Below, one piece after another: positions 48,113 through 62,568 of a stretch of DNA of 63,725 nt. Each line of letters starts with the position of its first letter. Position 1 is the stretch's first letter. This DNA is from Octopus bimaculoides. Its lineage: Eukaryota. Both the position numbers and the translations under genes were made by a program. Where the stretch lies: NCBI RefSeq assembly GCF_001194135.2, contig NC_068986.1:68354667-68418391 (forward strand), given 5' to 3'. The notes beneath the pieces are model-generated. The model was not told the origin of the DNA. It searched no databases and saw only the letters and a list, made by a program, of their open reading frames with translations.

Positions 48113-50369
48113 CATTATTTTTGCATTTTACTGAGGTTTTTTGGATTTTATGTTGCCTTTTTTGTTTTTTGTAAAACTATTTTCATGGATTAATAATACG
48201 TAGCGAATTGTATCTAGATATTGCAGCTTTAAAATATAATAATTATATAATTTCAAAATTACTTTTTTTCTATGAAGTTAGAAATGCAGTGCTAAAAATA
48301 TGTGTAGCGTCAANNNNNNNNNNNNNNNNNNNNNNNNNNNNNNNNNNNNNNNNNNNNNNNNNNNNNNNNNNNNNNNNNNNNNNNNNNNNNNNNNNNNNNN
48401 NNNNNNNNNNNNNNNNNNNNNNNNNNNNNNNNNNNNNNNNNNNNNNNNNNNNNNNNNNNNNNNNNNNNNNNNNNNNNNNNNNNNNNNNNNNNNNNNNNNN
48501 NNNNNNNNNNNNNNNNNNNNNNNNNNNNNNNNNNNNNNNNNNNNNNNNNNNNNNNNNNNNNNNNNNNNNNNNNNNNNNNNNNNNNNNNNNNNNNNNNNNN
48601 NNNNNNNNNNNNNNNNNNNNNNNNNNNNNNNNTGCAACTTACAAAAATATAAACTTAGGCTAAGAGAATATAATAACTGAATCATTGAATTCATCTTGGA
48701 TTTTCATTTCCATAAATAGTTTCAATATTTTCTTGTAATTCATACTAATTCATTTTCTAATGTGTAGTTTTGAACCAAAAATGTATTGAAGATATAAATT
48801 ATATTCTCTACACAATAGAAATGTATAGTATATGAATGCCACAAGAAAAATATCATTTCACTGTCAGTGTATGAAACTGTAAATATATATGTATATATAT
48901 ATATATATATATGTGTGCGTATGTCATCATAAATATGTAAAAAGAAAACTTAGTTACATGTTTCAATACAGTCAGTATGGCAGGGTTGTTATATATATAT
49001 ACAAATATTAACTCAATGTGATAAAAAAAAAAAAGACACTAGACTAGTGTCGTTTCTAGAATTGAGCTGGTAATAATAATTTCTCACGCAATAAAGGTGT
49101 CTCCCACTAATTTTAATTGCAGATGTTTTGCAATAAATAGCTCTGAATATAGATATTCTGGAATGAGATGAGTTCTATTATGTGGTAACAGTTTTAGAGA
49201 CATTTCATCGGAGGTAATAATAACAAAAATAGATTGAAGAGGAAAACCACAAGAAACAAAGGTAGAAAGATACAATTAGCAGCAATATCAGTAGAAAGAG
49301 AAAAATACCAATAATTGTAAAACCTTCTTCAATTAAAGGTTCTATATCAACACAAACGTGTATATACACAGTTATACATACATATACGTACTCTACCTCC
49401 TGTGATCATAACTTTTTGTGCAGTGGGAAATATTAGAAAGAGATATAAAAAAAAAAAAAATGAGAATGAACTTGATGGTAGATTCTGAGCAATGTTAAGG
49501 AATTAACTGCCGTCAGTGACAGTAGCAAAATTTTATTAAGGTCCCTTGCATACTGCGGCACAGAAGCCATTCATAAATTCATTCAAACAGATATTTACAC
49601 ACATGCATACACACACACACACAAGCTTGCAGACATGCATACTTTTTCTCTTTTCTCTCTCTTTCAGACATCCTAAATGGTTGAATATATAACAAGTAAA
49701 CTAATTCATCATTCCACAAACTGTTAAATAATTGTTTACCACAATTATTGCTGTAATCACATTTGTGACTTACTATTTAACTAGTAATTTAAAAAGTGTC
49801 TTCTCGTTTCCCTTTATTTCGGTTACATATATAGAGAGAAGGATTAATTATCAGCATTCATACCAAATGTCTACAAAAATACAACCTTATGTGCTTATAG
49901 CCACCACAACTCAAGCAATCCCATCAGAAGCCTTAGTTTCTTTCTTTCAACAACCAACAATACTGAACATCCTTTGGATTATCTTACTTTTTTAGAAGGA
50001 AAGAAGAGAATGAATACAGTATGGTCATCTGATATATTAATCAGTCCAATGTGGTCATTTGATAATGACCAATCAAGTGTGTCCTATTACCAGTGTCATC
50101 AAATAACTACCAACAAAGTGCAGCTAATTTGATAATTATCAACATTCACTGAACATGCTATGATCACCGGATAACTGTCAAATTAATATTGTTATCAGAT
50201 AACTAAAAACCTTTCAGTATGATATAGCCATCCTCAAATGATTATCAAAGTTTGACTAGCAGGGTGTGGCCAGTAGATAACTCTCAAGATTTGATAAGTC
50301 AGGTATGATCATAATAATCAAAGCTTGATCCATGTAAGGTGAATAACAGAGTAGTGAGATGTAATGTTC

Positions 50370-50645
50370 TCAACTGACAAAAAAACTGGGATCAAGGATG
50401 ATTGAGCAGCATTGATGATAATGAGTGAAGAGATCAGAGATAAGTTGAACATGCTTCCAAGATTGGTCTGCTGGGTCAAAAACTGAAACCATATCAACAT
50501 ACTGATTGTTAGTAAATTTGTAGCCACCAACACAATAGATTTTATTGTGTCGAATAATAGGATATATACAGGACATTGGTGTCTGTTGAGTTTCATTGGT
50601 CAAGCGTGTCCACTGATCAGTTACAGGATCATATTTCTCACATTC
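50370..50645 (-). CDS. Kelch-repeat (KLHL-like) protein, terminal coding exon
   Basis: T-rich tract and TTTAG acceptor; phase 0; ECEKYDPVTDQW..IYCVGGY..VFDPADQSW..FFVS*. Confidence 0.9.
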   Translation of the reverse strand, partial: ECEKYDPVTDQWTRLTNETQQTPMSCIYPIIRHNKIYCVGGYKFTNNQYVDMVSVFDPADQSWKHVQLISDLFTHYHQCCSIILDPSFFVS

Positions 50646-51735
50646 CTAAAAAAGAAAAAAAGAAAAAGGATTTTAAAGAAGTGGGATGCTAGTTTTATTC
50701 ATCAAATATATTCATAACTCAGATCAAGATCAAATAAAATTTATAGTCAATGCAAGTAACATTTGTTCACATGGATATCGTTCGCTTTCAACTTCAAATA
50801 TTAATATCTAATATTTTGACCAGCAATTTACAGCTGTTTTTGTCATTGTGTACTCTCGTTAACTCTGCAAGAACAGAATTATGACATAGTCAATGGTAAA
50901 AACAATCTGCAATTCTTGCAGCCCAAATAATGCAATACCTTCCATTATGCAGTGGTAGAGCAAGTGGAATACAAAGTAGAAATCAACCATTTTACTATTT
51001 CCTCTGTATATAATCATAAGTTCTTATGGTAGTCAAACCAAGACTTTCAAAAGTCTGTGTGGGTTGAAGGAGAATAGAGGATTAGATTTTTCGCCTCATA
51101 GGCCTTTATGAGCAAACATGTTTACAAGCGTATGCTATAATTGATGAAGTGAAAAGAGTATAATCTTAAATGATTTGATCCAATAATAACTTGTTTTAAT
51201 ATGTGAAACCATTAAGAAGCCCCAAAGTATTAGAATGCCCTTCCAATCAATCATTGTCTGTCAAGCGTGGTTGATGTATTTAACACTTAAACATTCAGAT
51301 TATCCTTTTAAATGTAATGCTTATTTGTTTACATTGTTTTGAATTGACTTTTGAGACTTTGATGATGTGATTGTTTATTTTTAGAACGACATTATAGTAT
51401 AGGTGTGAAGATTTAGATCTGACCAATAAAACAGGTAGAATATTTTGGTTGGATATAGCTAGTTTAAATACTTAAAGATTAAATGTCATGCCAAATGCTG
51501 ATTATTCTGTGATTCCTATATAATAGAGTGGCCATACTTTTATACAATTTGAACTCTAGCCGGTTGCTTTCACATTCCTACTATTCTGATTGATACTCTA
51601 TGAATATTATTATTCATTCAACAACTAATATGCAATATTGTGTCTTTAAGTATGTTATAAACATACATAAATACTCTTCAGCAAGTAAACACATAAGACA
51701 ATAAAAAAGAAGTTATGTTGCATGTTATGACTTAC

Positions 51736-51950
51736 TTTGATGTCTTGTATTAAGCCTTGTTGCATAGTACACCCTCCAACAGCATAGATATATCCATTGA
51801 CAGACGCCATTGCATGGCAGGAACGCCTTTGTATCAAGGACTCCCTTCTTTTCCAATCTTTCACAAGTGGATCGTAGCTGACAACATTATTTAACAAATC
51901 TGTCCCATCATGCCCGCCAGATATGTACAACTGATTGTTTAAAACACAAC
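51736..51950 (-). CDS. Kelch-repeat protein, penultimate coding exon
   Basis: TTTACAG acceptor, GTAAGT donor; phase 1 to 0; CVLNNQLYISGG..SYDPLVKDW..GYIYAVGG. Confidence 0.92.
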
Positions 51951-53129
51951 CTGTAAATAAAAACGTAACTTTATCAACACAAGACTTGATTGGATATGCA
52001 TATAACATAAAGGTGATACAAAAGCAGTTTTATTCTTAGTTTTTTTTTTATCTATTTTCATAATGTGGATTAAATAATTCTGCAGTATAGCACTTTTTAC
52101 AACACAATACTCTGTCCACAAATCCATTCAACCAGTATACGTTATTCTTTTGCGGTATAAATTCCATTCTACTCTATTGCTCTTTGAAACTAAAGTTATT
52201 CAAGGGAGGTAACTCCGAATTAACCTATCAAAATGACAAAAAAAAATTTGTTTTCTTTAATCTTTAACATTAAGTTTTTCGGGAGTTTTTTTTTTTTTTC
52301 ATTCTTAAAATGTTTTTCTCTTAAATTCGCAACAAGTTAAATGGGGAGAACAGTTTTATCACAAAATGATATTTCTACTTAATATTACTGCTAGATATTA
52401 CAGGAAATGGCATAACCTAAAACGTATGCACAGACACTTGTACACGGTCAGTCAATTTGCTAGAAAAAACGGCCAACTCTCTCTCAAAAATCACAGCCTT
52501 TTAAAAGAATAAAGCGAGTCACATTAGATAATGTAAACTTTGGTATATAAAACGACAGGTTGGTCACATCTAATCCCAGGTCTGCTTGACCAGAACTGAT
52601 TTAGGGCTAAACAACTACAATGGTTTGAATCCCCTTCATGAATATAATGAATAAAAAACTTGGGAAGTTTATCATTACACTAAACGAACATAATATTAGA
52701 AATACAGATTGAGTTATTTCCCTTCTTAGTGATGAGAAAGAATATTCCTTCAACACACACACATTATTTTTTATTTGTCTGTACTGTGGCTATGCAGGGC
52801 AGCACCTTCTAGGCTTACAGGCAAACGAATCTACACCAGTACTTATTTTTTAAAACACACACACACGTACACGGAAGGCTTCTTTCAGTTTCTGGCTACC
52901 AAATCCACTCACAAGGCTTTGGTCGCTGCCAAGCTACTATAGAAGACACTTGCCCAAGGTGCCACACAATGGGGTGACTCCTGAACCATATGATTTGGAA
53001 GCAAACTTCTTATCACACAACCACGTCTGTACATCATCATCATCATCATCCTTTAGCATCCGTTTCCCATGCTTGATGGGCTGTGTATATATACAAAAAT
53101 ATTACATATATGTTATATCTTTTTTTTGT

Positions 53130-53317
53130 TAGGAAGTAAGTGTTATGACTGGTCACAGAGTGACCATTGATTCACACCTATAAAGCACTTAGCAGTATAA
53201 GTGACTCATCAGGCTCAAATGACCGTTTGAGTCGGATAAGTCACCTATACTGCTAAGTGCTTTATCACTGCAAAACCAACGGTCACCCTATGACCAGCCA
53301 TTACATGTAACTTCCTA
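53130..53317. mobile_element. Palindromic MITE-like element
   Basis: TAGGAAGT..GACTGGTCACAGAGTGACC..TAAAGCACTTAGCAGTATAAGTGAC is mirrored by GTCACCTATACTGCTAAGTGCTTTA..GGTCACCCTATGACCAGCC..ACTTCCTA. Confidence 0.7.
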
Positions 53318-54749
53318 AAACAAAGTATATTAGTGCTCTAATGCTTTAGAGTGTGCCTCTTTTTCGGATATATGAACTGCTGATGCTATTTAATATATAT
53401 ATCTAAACATACATTATATATATCTAAGTATCAGGTTTGTTGACCTCTCCACATTAAGCAGAAATTTCCAGCATTCATTATCACTGCAAGAACTCCTGCA
53501 TTTTATAAATTCTTCTGCAGTTCCAATATTTTATCAAGACTCACTATTCCTTTTGTGGAACATCACCAACAAAGTTTCTCGATTCTTATGAAGACTGTCT
53601 TTCAGCTCAATCTGAAGTAATGTAAAAATAAAAACAAACAATGTCTCATTTAAACAAGGGCCTCCTTTTAATAATGTATAAACAGTTTTTGCTACTTAAC
53701 TGATACTGAATGCTAAGAAAATGGAGAAATGTGTCAAAAAAGTAATTAAGCTAAGTGAAGACACGTGGCCTAATGGTTAGGTTATTGCACTCACGATTGA
53801 TAGACCATGGGTTCATTACCTTAACTGGATGGCACGTGTTCTTGAGTGAAACATTTCATTTCACATTGTTCCAACCCCACTTCAATAGGGGTGGGGGATG
53901 TTGGCCTGCTCGCTTAGCCAGCAGGGTGGCGTCCTTTGAAGGCTAAGATAATGCAGTGATGTGTAATATCTGAAAGCCTGTTCGGTCACAATATCACATG
54001 ATAATTAAATACATTAACACATCTAACACATCAAATTGCTTCCTTTGTTTCAGTTAGACTTAGGCAATATCTACAGTTCTAGCACTGATCTGTTTCATAT
54101 TGGTATTGGATTTTCTGTTTCACTTCTTTTGATAGGAGCACAAAACGAAAGAGACTGTGAGAAAAATTTTTGTTACTAAAGTAATACTGAATACTAAGAA
54201 AATGGAGAAATGTGTCAACAAAGTGATTAAATCAAGAAATGGTAATAATAAGGTCTGTCTGCTCATTGCACGCATAAATCCAATGAAGTTATCATCTACT
54301 CAATTTCACAGATAAAGACTTCAGTTAAACAGAGGTTATAGGTGAAAACATTTACTCAAGGTATTATGCAATATGATTGAACATAGTCTCTCATGATTGC
54401 AAAGTGTTCTTCTTAACTATTCAGCCATGTCTACACAAACACACACATTTGTGCAAATGTGTGGGCATATATGCATGTGAATGTGTATTCATGTAGGTAT
54501 ATGAAATTGTGTGTATTTGTATGGATTTGTATTGCATGTATTTGAGCAAAACACTGTATTTCACATTCTTCCAGTCCACTCAGCTATGAATTGTATCTGT
54601 AATTCAAAAGGGCCATTCTGTATAACATCTAATCTCCCTGAGAACTACATTGATGATATACACACCTGTGGAGCGCCCAACTACTTGCAAGTTAATTTCA
54701 TGGCCCAACCACTTGCAAGTTAATTTCATGGCCAGATGGAGTGCCAGGC

Positions 54750-54786
<37 letters not shown>

Positions 54787-54948
54787 GTGCATGCTTGTGC
54801 ATGTATATGTGTGTGTGTGTGCATGCACATGGAATCATAGGTTTAGAAGTCAAAAAAGTTAATGTCTACCCAGTTCACTCAAAACTGGTTGGCCCGATTC
54901 TATAGAAGAAAGTTGGCCAAGATATCATGCAATGGATGAGATGCGTGC

Positions 54949-54988
<40 letters not shown>

Positions 54989-55158
54989 ATGCATGAATGT
55001 GTGAGTGCACACACGTATGTGTGTGTGTGTGTGTGTGTGCAATCAAAAATGTAACCATAGGCCTAAAAGCTGGTTTTTGGAATTTGGTAGAAACCTCTAA
55101 GATTATATCAATTATTTATTAACCTATAAATGTGTTTGTTAGGCTTTTTTTGTATGTA

Positions 55159-55194
<36 letters not shown>

Positions 55195-56739
55195 TGTTAT
55201 ATATATATATATATAATGAAATTTCATAGTAGTTTGTATGTGTGTAAAGTTGTTTGGTTAAAAGTGAAACAATTATAGGATAGATTTATCATTAGGTATA
55301 AATGTATATGCACTTACAAGGTGTAATTATAGAATGAATATTGGATGTATTTCTATTGTAGTATCATTATATGCGAACAGACATCACAATGTGTAGAACT
55401 ATGTAAATCTGTACAAACAATCCTTATGAAGTTACCCTATAGAATTAAATTCCGTTTTTTAAGAACTAATTCATAATTCCAAATGAATGGATATAAACAG
55501 GAAAAAGTATTAATATATGAGCATGATTGTAAGCTTCATAACTAGCGTAGCATAAATGGGTACACACTCACAAGAATGGAAAGTGTGAGTGTACGTTTGG
55601 ATAAATCATCATCATCATCATTTAACGTCCACTTTCCATGCTAGCATGGGTTGGACGATTTGACTGAGAGCTGGTGAAACCAGATGGCTACACCAGGCTC
55701 CAATCTGATTTGGCAGAGTTTCTACAGCTGGATGCCCTTCCTAACGCCAACCACTCCAAGAGTGTAGTAGGTGCTTTTACGTGCCACCGGCACGAAGGCC
55801 AGTCAGGCGGTACTGGCAACGGCCATGCTCAAATGGTGTATTTTACGTGCCACCTGCACATGAGCCAGTTCAGTGGCACTGGCAACAATCTCGCCAGGAA
55901 GGCATATGTATGAATATAGTACAACCCATGCCAGCATGGAAAATGGATGTTAAATGATAATGATGATGATATATGCTAAAGTGGAATAAATGTATATGTA
56001 CGTATATACATGTGTGTACAAGTAAATTTGTTAGTTTAATAGCCTCTCTCAATGAAAAGCAACAGGGTAAAGACTGTGGTGGCGATACTATATATCTAAA
56101 ATTGAATCTGCAAGGTGACAGTTCTCAGTATCCTGCTGAGTTAAGAAAGAGAGCATACATCATCAGTTTTCTTTGAAGTGGAACAGTAACAGACACAAGA
56201 GATGAGTAATTGTTAAAGGTTATCGTTTTAAATGCCTTTTTTTCCTAAAATTCCAGATAAATCTGTAGTCAAATATCAATTGAATATGCAGTTCTTTATT
56301 CTTTTGTTTTTTTTTTAATTTCCTTTAATTTATTTTTGTTGTTTTTCTCATTTGTATCTCTCTTTATTTCCTTGTTCCTCTTTGTCAGAGGAATATTAAA
56401 AATAATATTTCAGTATGGGCATAAAAGGTGGAAAAAGCTAAAGATGATACAGCAGTACTTTGACTATGGTCACCCAAGGATGTGCATGTATACATGCTAC
56501 TGTTGAATCGTAATAACACAGTATTGCATATAGTATGTGTAACATTCAACAATTAACAGCTGATAATGATGTGTTGAAACAATTGTAGTGATATATAATA
56601 AAGCCTGTTTGATCCATCTTCTTGTGCTAAATTTTTCTTTCTAAACACACACACACATGTGTGCATGTGTGTGTGTGTGTGCATGCATGTGTGTGTGTAT
56701 GTGGGTGTGGTACATGAACATATATAATTCCATCATAAG

Positions 56740-56960
56740 GACATCAAAAAGATGGAGCATTTCCATCAAGAGAAATTCCACAACATCAAATGGCAGGACT
56801 ACATAACCAATAATGTTATCCTAGAAAAAGTCAATACAGAGTCAACTATGACAAAATACTGGAAAAAGAGAGATTGCCTCAACATTTATTCTTCAGTGAA
56901 TTGCCCACTGGAAAAGCCCACATGGATGTCCCCTAAACCATTACAAAAACCAGGTTTTCA
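56740..56960 (+). mobile_element. RTE/BovB-like LINE fragment
   Basis: MEHFHQ..NIKWQDYITNNVILEK resembles the RTE RT C-terminus; internally deleted. Confidence 0.6.
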
Positions 56961-57100
56961 CACAGTTACTGCCTAACAAATTCATTCACAAAACATTGGT
57001 CAGTCAGGCTTCAGTAGGAAACACTTGCCCAAGGTGGTACACAGTGGACTAGAACCCTGAACCATCTGTTACAAAGTGAGCTTCATGATCCCTGCAGCCA

Positions 57101-57131
<31 letters not shown>

Positions 57132-57857
57132 GTGCACACACAAGTGTTCCGTCATGACTTGATCCAGTTGGAACTTTTTTCAACTGCTTCTTAAGAGCTC
57201 TGGTTTTCTTTCTCCCGGAAATTGAGAACCATTTTATGAGATCATAGGTAGATTTGCATATGATCTCATAAGACTTGGCTAGCATATTTTTCTGCAATTG
57301 CAACATATTTTCACTATTATTACAGTTTTCTTGTGTTCCAATAAATGGAAGGATTTATAGAATCAATTATTATTTATTCAAGTATATTTGTACTTATCAT
57401 ATCATAACTGATTTAGCGTTTTCCCTGTCTTTCATAGAGGTGTACTTCCTTCTCAAAAATCCTTCTTAACAAAATATAAATCACTCAATAACAAAGGGAG
57501 AAATCTTCCGTTGTTTCTGTCAATATCACATCAAGTATTTGCACATATGTGAACCTAAGTGTATGTATATGTATGCATGCATACATATACATCTCTTGTG
57601 AGATGCATATGTGTCCTTCCACTAAAACTAAGTGTGTATACATGTGCTTATGCATATAGTTAAATACAGTAACAGCCCCATGAATGTTGACTAAATGAAA
57701 TGTGCTAAGATAAATTGAAAAAAAATTCATAAAAGAATTTTCAGCAGTTTAACTGACAGCATAATGTGCTTATAAATGGGGCATAAAATATGCAAAAAAA
57801 AAAAACAAGAAAGAATAGTATTCATCTAAAATAGCAAAGAATGCTTTATACATTCAA

Positions 57858-58258
57858 CTCTTTTACTCTTTTACTTGTTTCAGTCATTTGACTGCGGCCA
57901 TGCTGGGGCACCGCCTTTAGTCGAGCAAATCGACCCCAGGACTTATTCTTTATAAGCCTAGTACTTATTCTATCGGTCTCTTTTTGCCGAACCACTAAGT
58001 TACAGGGACGTAAACACACCAGCATCGGTTGTCAAGCTAAGTTGGGGGGGGGGGGAACAAATACACACACACGTATATATATACATACATATATACGACG
58101 GGCTTCTTTCAGTTTCCATCTACCAAATTCACTCACAAGGCTTTGGCTGGCCTGAGGCTATAGTAGAAGACACTTGCCCAAGGTGCCACGCAGTAGGACT
58201 GAACCCAGAACCATGTGGTTGGTAAGCAAGCTACTTACCACACAGCCACTCCTGCGCC
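57858..58258 (-). mobile_element. Full-length SINE family A with a short internal microsatellite
   Basis: tRNA-like head GGCGCAGGAGTGGCTGTGTGGTAAG..GGGTTCAGTCC; TA/CA tract at about 58058-58095; (GAGTAAAA)n tail. Confidence 0.88.
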
Positions 58259-59887
58259 TATAACTGGTGTACTTATGTCATCAAAAACAATGACCAGCAG
58301 TTTTATTATTTATAGTGATTCAAAATGATGGGTGAAATTATTGGTTTCAAATTTTGGCACAAGGCCAGCAATTTTAGGGGAGGGTTAGGGTTAGGGCTAG
58401 GGTGGATTATATCAACATCAGTAGAACACTGATACTTATTTTATTGACCCCAAAAGGATATAAAGCAAACTCAACCTCAGAGGAATTTGAACTCAGAACA
58501 TAAAGATAGATGGAACAACACTAAAGCATTTTTGCCCAGCATGCTAACAATTCTGCCAGCTCACTGCCTTATGGCTGAAATTATTGATAACCTTCTTACA
58601 TAAAGATTTTGCACCTTGTATTTAATAGTAGAATATAACATTATGATCTAATCCAAAAGGCCAAGACCAATCATTCATAAATGTGACAGTGCATGCTGCT
58701 CTCTGAATACGATGAGTCACACTGCTATGTAGTCAAAAATTATAGCTTTTTTTTTTTTTTTACTTATAAAATTTTACTAGACCAATGAATGATTAAATGA
58801 TAGTAACTCTTACTCTTTTACTTATTTCAGTATTCAGAGTGCAGCCATGCTGGAGCAATGCTTTGAGGAATTTTAATCGAACTAATTGACCCCATTACTT
58901 ATTTTCTTCGTAAGCCAGGAACTTATTGTATTGCTCCTTTTTTGCCAAACCGCTAAGTTACAGGAACATAAACACACCAACACCGGTTGTCAAGCAATAG
59001 TAGGGCACAAATACAAACACACTGATATATATATATATATATATANNNNNNNNNNNNNNNNNNNNNNNNNNNNNNNNNNNNNNNNNNNNNNNNNNNNNNN
59101 NNNNNNNNNNNNNNNNNNNNNNNNNNNNNNNNNNNNNNNNNNNNNNNNNNNNNNNNNNNNNNNNNNNNNNNNNNNNNNNNNNNNNNNNNNNNNNNNNNNN
59201 NNNNNNNNNNNNNNNNNNNNNNNNNNNNNNNNNNNNNNNNNNNNNNNNNNNNNNNNNNNNNNNNNNNNNNNNNNNNNNNNNNNNNNNNNNNNNNNNNNNN
59301 NNNNNNNNNNNNNNNNNNNNNNNNNNNNNNNNNNNNNNNNNNNNNNNNNNNNNNNNNNNNNNNNNNNNNNNNNNNNNNNNNNNNNNNNNNNNNNNNNNNN
59401 NNNNNNNNNNNNNNNNNNNNNNNNNNNNNNNNNNNNNNNNNNNNNNNNNNNNNNNNNNNNNNNNNNNNNNNNNNNNNNNNNNNNNNNNNNNNNNNNNNNN
59501 NNNNNNNNNNNNNNNNNNNNNNNNNNNNNNNNNNNNNNNNNNNNNNNNNNNNNNNNNNNNNNNNNNNNNNNNNNNNNNNNNNNNNNNNNNNNNNNNNNNN
59601 NNNNNNNNNNNNNNNNNNNNNNNNNNNNNNNNNNNNNNNNNNNNNNNNNNNNNNNNNNNNNNNNNNNNNNNNNNNNNNNNNNNNNNNNNNNNNNNNNNNN
59701 NNNNNNNNNNNNNNNNNNNNNNNNNNNNNNNNNNNNNNNNNNNNNNNNNTATATATATATATAAACTTACTATTAATAAACGTCTGGTAGTGTGTTGTGT
59801 ATGATTATGCATGTATGATGGTGACACTTGCTCACACCTATTATCTAACGTCAAGACAAGATAGTAACACACATACATGTACATTAT

Positions 59888-59922
<35 letters not shown>

Positions 59923-61799
59923 TGTACTCATTTACAAAATCCACTTATAAGGCTTTGGCTGATCTATAGTAGAAGACACTTGCCCAATGTGCCATGCGGA
60001 TGAAAAGCACACTTCTTACCACACACCAATGCTTACACCTGAAGTAAGATATCTACATTAAAAATATTTTCCTAATGATCACTTCCATTTAGATATCTGT
60101 CCATCAGAGATATTGATCAGAATATATTCAGCTCGAAACAGTGAATGAAGTCATATATCTACAGCAGCATAAATGTGTTTTGTATTACAGTATCTGGCAA
60201 AATACTCCATGCACTTGAAACATTGTATGATCATGTTATCATTGTCTTACTGACAGAGATCAGATGTACATAGAGGTGGCTATAGTGAGTGTGGAATGAA
60301 AGTGGAGGAGGTGTTGATGGCAAATATGAGAGGGTGTTGAGAATGATAGCAGAGGAGAGAGGATGTTAAGGATAAAGTATGGTGATCCAAAGATGCTGCT
60401 CAAGAGAAAAGGAGGAATAACTGGTAACACAGAAAGGGGTAATTGGTGGAAAATAAAGTAGGAAGGTATGAAATTGAGAACGAGGAATGGATTTTAAAAG
60501 GAAGTAATTCCAAGGAGAGAGGGAGCACAAAGGGGAGATTGAATATGTGCAAGAAACATGTTTATATTTATTCTTAATACATTCCAGCAAATCTTTAATA
60601 TATTTATCATCAATATGTATAGCATTTTTCTTTTTATTCTCACCATTTTACCAACTCATAATAATTTATTGATTTGGCAGACATCAGCATGCATCAGCAA
60701 ATAATTTGTTTGCTGAATTCTATAAACAAAAACAACAACTATTGTTTAGATTTATTGATATACAGGTAGAAGGGCATCCAGCTGTAGAAACTCTGCCAAA
60801 TTAGATTGGAGCCTGGTGTTGCCATCCGGTTTCACCAGTCCTCAGTCAAATCGTCCAACCCATGCTAGCATGGAAAGCGGACGTTAAACGACGATGATGA
60901 TGATGTAGCTTGGGCTGAAGTGACACAGACAAGTTGAAACATCGGTGTCTCAAAGTTTCCCAATGTCAAAGAATTAAGTGTATTGTCAACACATTGTCTA
61001 AAGAGAGGTGTTCTCCAAAGACAAACTACAACAGTAGTTAACATATTCACATTCAAATCTGCTGTAATTCAGTACAAGCATGACTTTGTAGTCAAGAAGT
61101 TTACTTCCCAAACACATGACATCAGTCCCACTGTGTGACACCTTGGGTAAGTGTCTTTTACTAAAGCTCAGGGCTGACCAAAGCCTTTTGAGTGGATCTG
61201 GTAGTAAAGTAACTCTAAACCCCCAAGATAACAAATTGACAGACATCAAATTTGAGTCTCGATAATGGTTAACCGACTAAAGCTGCATGTATTTTTACAT
61301 AGCTCAGTTTTTAAAACAATTAGCAATTATGACAATTCATATTTATATAATAAGATAAAGCATTATGTTAAAAGATTTAACTAGAATATATATTAAATAT
61401 GAATATGTGTTGAAGTAGGTGTCTAAAATATATATTGATTTCAAATTTTGGCACAAGGCCAGCAATTTCTGGGGAGGGGATATGTCAATTACATCAAGCC
61501 CAGTGTTCAATTGATAGTTATTTCAATGACCCCCGAAAGGATGAAAGGCAATGTTAACCTTGATGGGATTTGAACTCAGAATGTGAAGACAGGTGAAATA
61601 TCACAAATCATTTTGCCTGGCATGTTAATGATTCAACTAGTTCACCACCTTAGCAGTTTAAAATATATATTAATACTTTGTTTCTTGGTATCTTTTAATA
61701 AACAATGAATAAATCTATAATCTTTGACAATCATGTAAGCAAAAGAGCAACAACTACTAGATCAGCAGTACAGCATAACCACTCCCTGTCCAAATTAAG

Positions 61800-61982
61800 G
61801 AGCATCTCACTACCAATGCCTCCTTCTGCAAACACCTGAGCAGATGTGGCAACACCACCAAGGAGATAGACACCTCCACACTAGCCTCAGAGAGCAACAC
61901 CAGCAATTTACTTATAAAAGTGGTTCTACTGATCCAACACCTCAACCCAAAAATTAACAGTCAATTGGAGTGGTTCCTATGA
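61800..61982 (+). mobile_element. Penelope-like GIY-YIG C-terminal remnant in the kelch intron
   Basis: FCKHLSRC..TLASESNTSNLLIKVVLLIQHLNPKINSQLE resembles the IL(A)xExNxxKLxIxExLxIxxxxPxLN tail of PLE endonucleases. Confidence 0.55.
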
Positions 61983-62568
61983 CAGCATCACAGCAACTGT
62001 GACCAACACCATCCAACAGATAGGGAATGGCCTACAACAACAGTAGGAGGTTTGTTTACACCAAAACTCAGACAGCCAGCAACACTTGAGGGGGTAACTG
62101 CTACTACTACTACTAATATAACGCTGTTACATCACAGATGGCATGGCAATGGCCTACAACAACAGTTGGAAGTTCATTTACACCAATGTTCAGAGTGTCG
62201 ATTACATCTACGTTTGGAGAGTGACTACTGTTGCTACATAACGCTAGGGGATTTGAATGGGTTAATGGAATCTGCATAACTGGACATTTCCCAGACTGTT
62301 TTTCTTCTGCACCTGAAATATAAAGGTTTTATAAAACTTTCCACATTGTCAGAAGCTTTCTATTTTCTCTTTTTACCTTCTTCAATATTACAATGCTTCA
62401 AGCAAACTACAACGCTCTTAAAAATACATCTGTTCTTTACATGTAATAAATCACTGAGTTAGTATTTAACAGCTCGGCAGGTAAGAAGAGAAGGATTTCT
62501 CCAAACCTTAATTTTGATTTCTTTGAACTAATTCAACACTGACTGTTAAGTAAAATGGATTGACTTAC

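Noticed and set aside
53195-53260. CTGATGA on the minus strand as a possible further hammerhead
   Set aside because: No correctly placed GAAA or NUH; it is the centre of a palindromic MITE
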